Positions 8,280 to 15,270 of a stretch of DNA of 32,000 bases are shown piece after piece. The notes beneath the pieces were generated by a model. The model had not been told where the DNA came from, made no database searches, and saw only the letters and a list, made by a program, of their open reading frames with translations. The translations under genes were made by a program, and so were the position numbers. The DNA lies in contig CAZETV010000002.1 of the NCBI GenBank assembly GCA_964514965.1, positions 120,001 through 152,000 on the forward strand, given 5' to 3'. Numbering within the stretch: the first letter of the stretch is position 1; each line of letters begins with the position of its first letter. This DNA is from Candidatus Hadarchaeota archaeon (GTDB lineage Archaea > Hadarchaeota > Hadarchaeia > Hadarchaeales > Hadarchaeaceae).

Positions 8280-9413
8280 GTGCTCGTGAGCTCGCGAAAA
8301 AAGATGGATATCCACGCTGGTATTGCCTCTGAATTCTCGGAAATCTTGGACAAAACATTGGCAGGCGAGGAGCTGAGTGTGGCCGATGGCGAACGGTTAT
8401 TAAGAGCCGAAGGCGGGGAACTCCACACACTTGTTCGTGCGGCAGATAGGGTACGGAGTAAAATTGTTGGGGAGATTGTAACTTACATAATAAACAGGAA
8501 CATTAATCACACTAACATTTGTACGGGAAGCTGCAAGTTCTGCGCTTTTAAACGTTCGCCCGAAGATCCTGACGCCTATATGCTCACCCATGAACAGATT
8601 GCAACTAAAGTTCGTGAGGCACTTGATTTTGGAGCAACGGAAGTTTGCATCCAAGGCGGACTACGTCCTGACTTCGGCCTGAATGACTACATCGGTATCC
8701 TCCGAGCGGTGCGAGATGTCTCATCGAGCATTCACATTCACGCTTTCTCCCCTTCCGAACTTGACAACATCGCGATGCATGAGAAACTACCTGTCGAAAA
8801 AGTCATCAAAACGCTTCGCGACGCGGGGCTGAATTCGGTTCCGGGGACGGCAGCTGAAATCCTTATCGGCCGTGTTCGAGAAATCATCTGCCCTAAAAAA
8901 ATCTCCACGAGTCGGTGGGTCGAAATAATCAAAACTTGTCATCGTTTGGGTGTGCCGACTACAGCTACGATGATGTACGGACATGTGGAAACGTTGCGAG
9001 AGAGAGTTCAACATCTATCTTTGATTCGCGAAATCCAACGCGAGACCCGAGGCTTCACCGAGTTCGTTCTTTTACCTTTCATGTTTCACAACACACAGCT
9101 TTGGCGCGGGAGATTGATCAGCTCATCTCCAAGCATCGCCGAAAACCTCCGGACCCATGCTGTTTCAAGACTGATGCTTGCCGGTTTTATCGATAACATT
9201 CAAACCTCGTGGGTCAAGCTTGGCCCACACGGAGCCCAGCTTATGTTAACAGCGGGGGCGAACGATCTGGGTGGAACCCTGTTTGAAGAAAATATCTCCA
9301 GAGCAGCGGGGGTAAACCAACCGATGATGACGCCCAAGAAGCTGGAACAGCTCATCTTGGAATTGGGTCGCGTGCCCCGCCAGCGGACGACAACCTACAA
9401 GTTGCTTGAATAA
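8280..9413 (+). CDS. cofH: Radical SAM enzyme of the CofH/MqnC/MqnE group, most like FO synthase subunit CofH
   Basis: 377 aa. NINHTNICTGSCKFCAF radical-SAM cluster motif, GATEVCIQGG, AFSPSE, PGTAAEIL, TATMMYGHVET and GGTLFEENISRAAG motifs. Lies near the ribD-type reductase that makes the CofH substrate precursor. Start may be the ATG at 8304. CofH versus Mqn cannot be separated by eye. Confidence 0.6.
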   Translation: MLVSSRKKMDIHAGIASEFSEILDKTLAGEELSVADGERLLRAEGGELHTLVRAADRVRSKIVGEIVTYIINRNINHTNICTGSCKFCAFKRSPEDPDAYMLTHEQIATKVREALDFGATEVCIQGGLRPDFGLNDYIGILRAVRDVSSSIHIHAFSPSELDNIAMHEKLPVEKVIKTLRDAGLNSVPGTAAEILIGRVREIICPKKISTSRWVEIIKTCHRLGVPTTATMMYGHVETLRERVQHLSLIREIQRETRGFTEFVLLPFMFHNTQLWRGRLISSSPSIAENLRTHAVSRLMLAGFIDNIQTSWVKLGPHGAQLMLTAGANDLGGTLFEENISRAAGVNQPMMTPKKLEQLILELGRVPRQRTTTYKLLE

Positions 9414-9578
9414 AGATGTGAAGGTATAAGCGCCCAGTTATAGCTGGAGTAATTATTGTTACTTTGCCATTATCCGTGTGTGATTAGCGTTGCACTGCAG
9501 CGAAAATCTTTCTTTTCCTTTCAGTACTTCTCCAGAGATTTTAATTCCAAAAAATTAGGATAAGTTAACAGCGAAGTC

Positions 9579-9591
9579 AATGCTGTGTAAG
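9579..9591. repeat. 13-nt direct repeat AATGCTGTGTAAG, left copy, flanking the MazG-like gene
   Basis: Identical 13-mer recurs at 9987-9999. Both are preceded by AGT(C). Confidence 0.6.
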
Positions 9592-9632
9592 ATATTCGAA
9601 CCAGCATTCGAACCCGCTATTTAATGAACTTG

Positions 9633-9952
9633 TTAATCACTCTCTGAACCTGCACTACCTTTCTTCAGTCTGGTTTCATATTTTTTTAGGACTAATTCTA
9701 ATGCTTCTTCTAAATCAACACCAAAAGAATTAGCTATTGTAATAAGTGAATATAGTAAATCCCCCAGTTCAGTTTTTAACTGTTCTCTATACTCAAGTGG
9801 TTTTCTACCATAGTCACTCATTTTAAGAATTTCTTTTGCAACCTCCCCAAGTTCGGATAGAGTATCTAAGACCCTGTGTTCCGGGGGGATTCCAAACCTT
9901 TTTTTTGACAAAACTCCTTTATTTTCCTTTGAAGATGTTTTAAATCGCTCAT
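9633..9952 (-). pseudogene. MazG-like nucleoside triphosphate pyrophosphohydrolase, split by a frame change inside an A8 tract (T8 at 9899-9906 on plus)
   Basis: ATG at 9952 opens MSDLKHLQRKIKEFCQKK, a typical MazG N-terminus, which stops after 28 codons. The -1 frame continues RFGIPPEHRVLDTLSELGEVAKE...ELGDLLYSLITIANSFGVDLEEAL (MazG EExxE/D helices) to 9633. One extra A, or a -1 slip, restores a protein of about 106 aa. Confidence 0.65.
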
Positions 9953-9986
9953 AACCACACCTATTTTATTAACCTATTTAATAAGT

Positions 9987-9999
9987 AATGCTGTGTAAG
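9987..9999. repeat. 13-nt direct repeat AATGCTGTGTAAG, right copy
   Basis: Identical to 9579-9591. Confidence 0.6.
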
Positions 10000-10027
10000 G
10001 GCTCTGTTGAAAGTCTATATTTTTAAC

Positions 10028-10152
10028 CCGCCGGGGAGTTGGACTCCCGTGTGGCGGGGGGGAAACACAGTAGTGGTGTGTTTTCCATGAGTAGCAGCAT
10101 CTTGAGGAAAATAAAGCGTTTGCTTGTCAGGAACCGCGTGCCGCGGTTCCTG
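10028..10152. other. GC-rich cluster of three strong hairpins within AT-rich DNA (possible small structured RNA or recombination/termination element)
   Basis: H1 10028-10057: CCGCC-G-GGGAGT-TGG-ACTCCC-GTGT-GGCGG. H2 10061-10086: GGAAACACA/TGTGTTT(T)CC. H3 10128-10152: perfect 11-bp stem CAGGAACCGCG-TGC-CGCGGTTCCTG. Confidence 0.35.
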
Positions 10153-10213
10153 CACGCGATGGGTCCGAAGACTTACGAGTTCGCGGATCACGCACTCGCG
10201 CTGCTCTTACGCG

Positions 10214-10430
10214 TGGTGCGGGGGAGTAGGTTCAAGCTCTCGTTCAAATCTCCCAAAAGATCTTTCGCAAGAATCGAGCAGGTTTCGAGCAGGATTCATG
10301 CGTAGTTTTTGCGGTGTAGAGTTCAAATCTTTCGTGCAATTTTTGGGCAAGAATCGGGCAAGATCGAGGCAGGATTTTTGCATGGATTTTGGTGGTGCGG
10401 TATTAAGGGTTTGAACCAAGATTTGTACCC
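10214..10430. repeat. Composite ~215-nt repeat R2 (inverted copy of R1) with three modules beginning TGGTGCGG, GCGGTG and TGGTGCGG
   Basis: Modules at 10214-10254, ~10311-10337 and 10393-10430. Spacers form stems CGCA(10266-10269)/TGCG(10299-10302) and CGTGCAA(10333-10339)/TTGCATG(10378-10384). Collinear with the reverse complement of 344-555. Confidence 0.8.
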
Positions 10431-10479
10431 ACACTTTTAATTTTTGATCCTTGATAAATGGGAAGTCACAGGTTTTTGA

Positions 10480-12984
10480 TTACAAAGGCGACCAAGTATC
10501 TTCAGCTAATCGTTTCCAATCATTAGGACCAAGAGCGATTAAAGTCGCAAGATCTGCTAGTGCTTTCCCACGAATTATGTACAGTGTTGGTTTTTTCAGA
10601 GCGTTTGGCGTGATGTAAATAAATGTATTATTCCCTTCTTCCAAGGCTAGTTTTGTTTCAGCTTTCGTAAGCGTAACAGGATATTCTTTGCTTCTGCCTT
10701 TTGCCTCTATTTTCTTCGTGGTCCCATCCGGCATCCGTGATGGGATGTCGAATCCAGCCCCTCTTGCTTCGGATTCATGTAACTCGTGAGAATCAATTCC
10801 GTATTTTTCTTTTTCATAACAAAGTGCAGTTAATATACCAATTCTCCACGCAATTCTATCTTCATCAAAATTTTTCCCTAATTCCAGCTCTTCAAAGAAC
10901 TTACGCCAAGTCAAAAGTCTATCGTGGGTTTCGTTCTTGATAAATACAGGATCTAAAAACTCAAAATCTCCATCAACAACTCCCTTTCTATCAAGTATCC
11001 CCCTTTCCAGCAATAATTCAATGTTCTTTTCCGGTTCAAATTCTTTTGAAAACCAGACTTTCTTTGGGTCGATCCATTTGCCAGTTTTCGTTTTAACTAA
11101 AATTCCAGAAAGATCATTGGAACCTACAAACCCATTCTCCCACCATCCTTTCAGCAATTTGACATTATTCACTTTTTCATCATCAGGAATACGCGTATCT
11201 GCCAATTTCTTTAGTAATTCAGGGACGCGATCTCTTCTCATATGAGTTTCTAACACATCCCTACCCAATTCTTGAGCTCCAAGCCTTCTGAGGTACTTGA
11301 GAATTAACTCGTCCCTTAAGTCTGGATGCAAGAATCTGAATTTACTTGGAAAGTATTCCGCTCCACGATTTTCAATCTCGGCATTTTCTGGAATCCAAAT
11401 ATCGGAAGCCCGACAAGTTTGCTGCTCTTGATCTAGAAAGCTTGTAATACTTAGATAATCGTACTTTATCTGAGATTGGTAGCCTTCAGAATATCCTAAA
11501 AATTCTTCAGCTAACGCTCGCAGACATTGCCTATAGTATTTCAACCATTCGTCCCTGAAAGTAGCCTTAAAACGTTCAAAATCAAACGGATAACTTCGGA
11601 AAAAATCACGGATTAACTGGAAGTTTGATATCCCTAACAATTCGTGAGGTCGGCAATCGGGATGAAGAATTTTTTTGCCCGAGAGCTTTTCGATTGATTC
11701 TTCCCCTAAAAACCTCACAACACTCTCAGATACTTGAATGGTTTCATTTGCTCTGACGAAAGATCCATCATGTCGTACAAAGTGATCTCCATTTCTAATT
11801 TCGCTTTCAATGGGATTTAACAAGTATCTATCAATCATATAAGGTTTGGCCCGTGTAATGAGAACATTTGTGTAAGAAAATTTCCATCTCTCGTGAATTT
11901 TGAATATCTTGATAATCTTTTGAATCAGGATATTTACGGCCTCTTCCAATAACCATCTATTCCAAGAGGTCTCATACTTAATTTCTTCTCTGCCAGGAGC
12001 TGTTAAAAAGTCTGCATGCAACATAAATGGGATTCCTCCGTATTCAACTTCTCGAGTAGGGACGTGGCTAAATATACCAAACGCTATAGTTCCCGAAGGT
12101 TCCGTTGTAAGGTCCATTTGCTCATTTAATCTAAAAGCGATTCCAATCTCTCGCTTTTCTACGCGACTTCTCCATTCCTTGGTGACGGGATCAGCTCTAA
12201 TATCCTCAGGAACTTGAAGCGCATGTCGAAAAACAAGCCATTTTGTAATATCGATTTTTCCATTGTAATTGAATTCAAGTTGGTGGATCTCGTAATTGTC
12301 TCTTTTTTCTAAGATTGATTTTCTTATGATTTTCCTCTTTCCATCCCACGCTAGCTGGATCTCATTCAAATGACGCAAAAACAAAAGTGTGCGTGGATGC
12401 AGATTCTCAAATTCTTCTCGCAACTTTTGAATTCCTTCCTGTTTTAAAGGGATTGAAAAGATTGTTCCTTGAGTTTTTATTCTTTCGAAGAATTCTCTTG
12501 GCAGTTCATCAATCCAAATAGGCGTAATCTGCCAAGGAATTTTCGTAGGCTCGGCCCAATGATTCTTGTCGAATTTAAATCGGTAAGGAGTTGAGTAAAT
12601 GTGCGGACATGAAGAGATTAAGAAAATGGACTTAAATCCGACTCCTAGATACCCCAAGTACTCACGCGGATCTTTTCGGGATCTGCCTACTGAACATATA
12701 GGTTCCACATCGTCTGGGGAGAAAGAACCACCATTATTGTAAATTTTTAAAGTGGTTTCTTCCAAAGTTGCATCTATTTCTGTAGCTCCTGCATCTTCAG
12801 CATTTTGGAAGAATTCAAGCAAGAAATGACCAATTCTCGGAAAAGTAGTTTCTACTATCCACATTGCTCCGGCTAGCGCTTCTAAAACGCGTCCGTCCTT
12901 TGTGTAACTTTCCCTGATTTTATCGATATGTTCTTTGGCTTGTCTTTCATCATTCGCTAAAATTTCTTCTCCCATTAAAATCAT
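10480..12984 (-). CDS. Sacsin/MORC-type GHKL (Bergerat-fold) ATPase fused to a C-terminal DUF3883 / PD-(D/E)xK-like domain
   Basis: 834 aa. N-box LLEFFQNAEDAGAT, G1-like KIYNNGGSF and G2 GYLGVGFKSIF within the first ~130 aa. C-terminus ARGAGFDIPSRMPDGTTKKIEAKGRSK...NTFIYITP matches the G-x-G-[YF]-D-I...IE-x-K-G pattern of DUF3883 (NOV C-terminal) domains. AT-rich codon usage. Confidence 0.7.
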   Translation of the reverse strand: MILMGEEILANDERQAKEHIDKIRESYTKDGRVLEALAGAMWIVETTFPRIGHFLLEFFQNAEDAGATEIDATLEETTLKIYNNGGSFSPDDVEPICSVGRSRKDPREYLGYLGVGFKSIFLISSCPHIYSTPYRFKFDKNHWAEPTKIPWQITPIWIDELPREFFERIKTQGTIFSIPLKQEGIQKLREEFENLHPRTLLFLRHLNEIQLAWDGKRKIIRKSILEKRDNYEIHQLEFNYNGKIDITKWLVFRHALQVPEDIRADPVTKEWRSRVEKREIGIAFRLNEQMDLTTEPSGTIAFGIFSHVPTREVEYGGIPFMLHADFLTAPGREEIKYETSWNRWLLEEAVNILIQKIIKIFKIHERWKFSYTNVLITRAKPYMIDRYLLNPIESEIRNGDHFVRHDGSFVRANETIQVSESVVRFLGEESIEKLSGKKILHPDCRPHELLGISNFQLIRDFFRSYPFDFERFKATFRDEWLKYYRQCLRALAEEFLGYSEGYQSQIKYDYLSITSFLDQEQQTCRASDIWIPENAEIENRGAEYFPSKFRFLHPDLRDELILKYLRRLGAQELGRDVLETHMRRDRVPELLKKLADTRIPDDEKVNNVKLLKGWWENGFVGSNDLSGILVKTKTGKWIDPKKVWFSKEFEPEKNIELLLERGILDRKGVVDGDFEFLDPVFIKNETHDRLLTWRKFFEELELGKNFDEDRIAWRIGILTALCYEKEKYGIDSHELHESEARGAGFDIPSRMPDGTTKKIEAKGRSKEYPVTLTKAETKLALEEGNNTFIYITPNALKKPTLYIIRGKALADLATLIALGPNDWKRLAEDTWSPL

Positions 12985-13000
12985 GCCTATTACATGTAAA

Positions 13001-13672
13001 CTATTTACCTGTTCTTATTTCTCCTGCTTCCATTTCTTTTAACGTTCCATTTATCACATCTATCATCTCTTCGGGAACCGTATGTGTGGGATATCTTCTG
13101 CTCCCTGTTTTCCAATATATTCGATAGGATCTAGTTATCGCTAAATCTCTCGGCGCTGGGTACGTTCCTCTCATATCCCTTATCTTTGCTAGTATGTCGA
13201 TCCATGTTGCACCTCCATAAGCCTTATCCCACTTGCTCTCTTTATGTAGTTCAATAATAGCCTTCAAAAAATGATATGCTCTATTTTTAGTGTCCTTTAA
13301 TGCTCCCAAAACCTCTTTGCGTATATCACCCTGCCTATCCTCTAGCCTGAAAATGCCTTTCTTAATATCGAAATAGTAGTGCTTACCTATAAAACAATCT
13401 ATCTCTGTGTATTCAGGCAGGCCGACCTCATTCAGAGCAGAAATAAACTTTTCATCGTCTAGTTTCTCTGGATTAGTTAGCTCTTCCAGAGCTTTTTCTT
13501 TCTCTTCAGCTACAAAGTAAGCGTAAGTGTCTTTACTAAACTTATAGTCGAAATCATCAAACCACTTTAACCTGGCTACCTTTCCTAACCTATAAAGCCT
13601 TCTATCATTATAGAAAAATCTTCTCAGCAAAATATTCCTTTCTTTCACTTTAGATTGACTCATGTTACCCAT
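13001..13672 (-). CDS. Hypothetical protein, partner of the GHKL-DUF3883 gene (no recognisable domain)
   Basis: 223-aa ORF ending 16 nt upstream of the 834-aa gene start, same strand. TTTATAA (reverse complement of 13691-13697) lies ~22 nt upstream of the first ATG, so the real start may be the ATG at 13663 on a leaderless or short-leader mRNA. Confidence 0.6.
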   Translation of the reverse strand: MGNMSQSKVKERNILLRRFFYNDRRLYRLGKVARLKWFDDFDYKFSKDTYAYFVAEEKEKALEELTNPEKLDDEKFISALNEVGLPEYTEIDCFIGKHYYFDIKKGIFRLEDRQGDIRKEVLGALKDTKNRAYHFLKAIIELHKESKWDKAYGGATWIDILAKIRDMRGTYPAPRDLAITRSYRIYWKTGSRRYPTHTVPEEMIDVINGTLKEMEAGEIRTGK

Positions 13673-13690
13673 AAATTTTAATGGTTTTCC

Positions 13691-13697
13691 TTATAAA
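13691..13697 (-). promoter_or_regulatory. Putative archaeal TATA box for the 223-aa/834-aa operon
   Basis: Minus-strand TTTATAA preceded by purine-rich AGC, 22-31 nt upstream of the two candidate ATGs. Confidence 0.35.
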
Positions 13698-13804
13698 GCT
13701 TTACCGTATTAGGTCAAGCTTGCTCTTATACGATATAGATAACCAAAAAAACGGTTTCCCGTAAAATCTCCTCAGAAAATGCCTAGGCTACTTAGCAGAA
13801 CCTA

Positions 13805-13848
13805 TGGTGTGAAAGTTGGATTCACACCCTCGTTCATACCCTCACCCC
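13805..13848. repeat. Degenerate copy of the ~42-nt tRNA-3'-end-like module (TGGTGTGAAAG..CTCGTTCATACCCTC), containing an 8-bp hairpin
   Basis: Aligns with 10214-10254 and 15230-15270 (shared TGGTG...GxTTCA...C.CGTT.A.A.C). Hairpin GGTGTGAA-AGTTGGA-TTCACACC at 13806-13828 lies ~80 nt downstream of the 369-aa gene stop. Confidence 0.5.
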
Positions 13849-13908
13849 CCTTGCGGTTACAGGCTGAAGTTGTAGTGGGTTTGGTTAGGTTTCATATCTA
13901 CTCAAGGC

Positions 13909-15009
13909 CTAAATCCACTTTTTGTACTTTAGATAGTAGACGTAAACAGCCACGATCTCGTCAAATACATTCTCAAGATTCTCGAAAAAGAACGGTGTGT
14001 CAGGATCGCAGATGTGTGTAGCATAGTTTCTTAACGCCCAAAGAATGAGAACATTCTTTTCAGGCCTATTGCACTTTAAAGCTTTCCTCACTAGATCATC
14101 GAAATCCTTTGGTGTCTGAGGACTTTTGTTTCTTGGATTTACTTCGTTCTTAAACCAAGTTTCTTTCCCGAATATTGCAGATAATAGTTCGCCTAATGTT
14201 CCAGAAGTCTTTTCATAGTATCTCATCCTTAATTCAATGAATCGACAAAGGCTGATTACTCCGTCAAATAGCCTTAATCTGGTGTAGATGTTATTCCTGT
14301 TCAAATAAATCCCACGATCTTTCTCTTCTTTTAGGAGCACCAGATTTCTATGAACGACCCAAAGTGAGCCCTCTAGCAAAGCGCGTTGCTCTGGAGAATC
14401 GTCAAGTTCCTTAAATAATTCATCAATGTTAACACTATCTTTGAATTCGGTGTTGTATTTGTCGATTGCTTTTTTCATCATAATCCAAGGAGCCTCTCCG
14501 CCAAACTGGCTTATGCCTTGACGATGAGCGCTTTCTGTAAACTGAGTGTATAGTGGATTGTGGAAGATGTTCTTAGTAGGGTCCCCCGCCCATCCTCTAT
14601 CTTCGTGGCAAGCCCAAAGCAGGTAAGCGATGCCTCCGTCAAGGTCTCCTTCGGCTAATGCAGATACACCAAGATTTCCACAAACCATTCCCTTGTTAAG
14701 TGGTTTATTGTTTTTCTTCTCGTATTCGTTAATCGCGTTCAATATTTGCCAATAATACATTTTAGACATGCCTGTGACGTTCTTTTGTAAAAATGGTATG
14801 CCAATATTGTTTGCCCGATTGAAATACTCATTCTTTTTGTCATAGCCTCCTTCTGGCTTTTCATGATCGTATGGTTCCGCCGCTTTCATGTCTTGTTGTA
14901 GATCCATTAATCCCAAAGACACAGCTTTCTCGTATGACTTGAGACAATCAATCGCGAGAGTAATCCCAAGCCTGTAATTGTTCCACCTACCGAACTCTAA
15001 CAGAGACAT
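13909..15009 (-). CDS. Hypothetical helical protein with a C-terminal HEPN-type RNxxxH motif (candidate RNase/abortive-infection effector)
   Basis: ORF 13909-15018 opens with GTG. The ATG at 15009 is preceded by GGTGA 5 nt upstream, so it is the preferred start (366 aa). ...LILWALRNYATHICDPD... gives R-N-x3-H in a predicted helical C-terminal region. No other motif recognised. Confidence 0.55.
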   Translation of the reverse strand: MSLLEFGRWNNYRLGITLAIDCLKSYEKAVSLGLMDLQQDMKAAEPYDHEKPEGGYDKKNEYFNRANNIGIPFLQKNVTGMSKMYYWQILNAINEYEKKNNKPLNKGMVCGNLGVSALAEGDLDGGIAYLLWACHEDRGWAGDPTKNIFHNPLYTQFTESAHRQGISQFGGEAPWIMMKKAIDKYNTEFKDSVNIDELFKELDDSPEQRALLEGSLWVVHRNLVLLKEEKDRGIYLNRNNIYTRLRLFDGVISLCRFIELRMRYYEKTSGTLGELLSAIFGKETWFKNEVNPRNKSPQTPKDFDDLVRKALKCNRPEKNVLILWALRNYATHICDPDTPFFFENLENVFDEIVAVYVYYLKYKKWI

Positions 15010-15229
15010 AAATTTCACCTATCTTTTTAGGTCCAACACCTAAATAGAAGTTGCCTTTCTGTAGGGAATTGTCAGAATCTAACATTGTGTTTAACGCGAT
15101 AATTATTTTTAAGATATGCTTACATGCACCTTCGACTCCAAACTAGTTTCAGAACGCCTTTTCCAGCTTTTTACGGCTCCTTTACGGGAAAACTACGTGA
15201 AAAATGCCCAGATGGCTTCGTGGAATGTA

Positions 15230-15270
15230 TGGTGCGGGGGGTTAGGTTTATGCTACCGTTTAAATCTACC
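15230..15270. repeat. Third direct copy of the ~42-nt tRNA-3'-end-like module (TGGTGCGGGGGGTTAGGTTTATGCTACCGTTTAAATCTACC)
   Basis: Same orientation as, and alignable with, 10214-10254 (TGGTGCGGGGGAGTAGGTTCAAGCTCTCGTTCAAATCTCCC). Confidence 0.65.

Noticed and set aside
8023-8289. 88-aa ORF (GTG overlapping the stop of the OCD-family gene) between the OCD gene and cofH
   Set aside because: No recognisable motif, atypical composition and a non-ATG start. It could be a real small protein, but support is insufficient, so it is left uncalled.
10039-10414. ORFs 10039-10305 and 10124-10414 (+)
   Set aside because: They run through the GC-rich hairpin block and repeat R2. They have no recognisable protein features and are most likely non-coding.
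13779-14021. 80-aa ORF on the plus strand
   Set aside because: Overlaps the 3' end of the 369-aa minus-strand gene and the att-like module. Sequence is low-complexity and Arg/Ser/Pro-rich, a shadow ORF.
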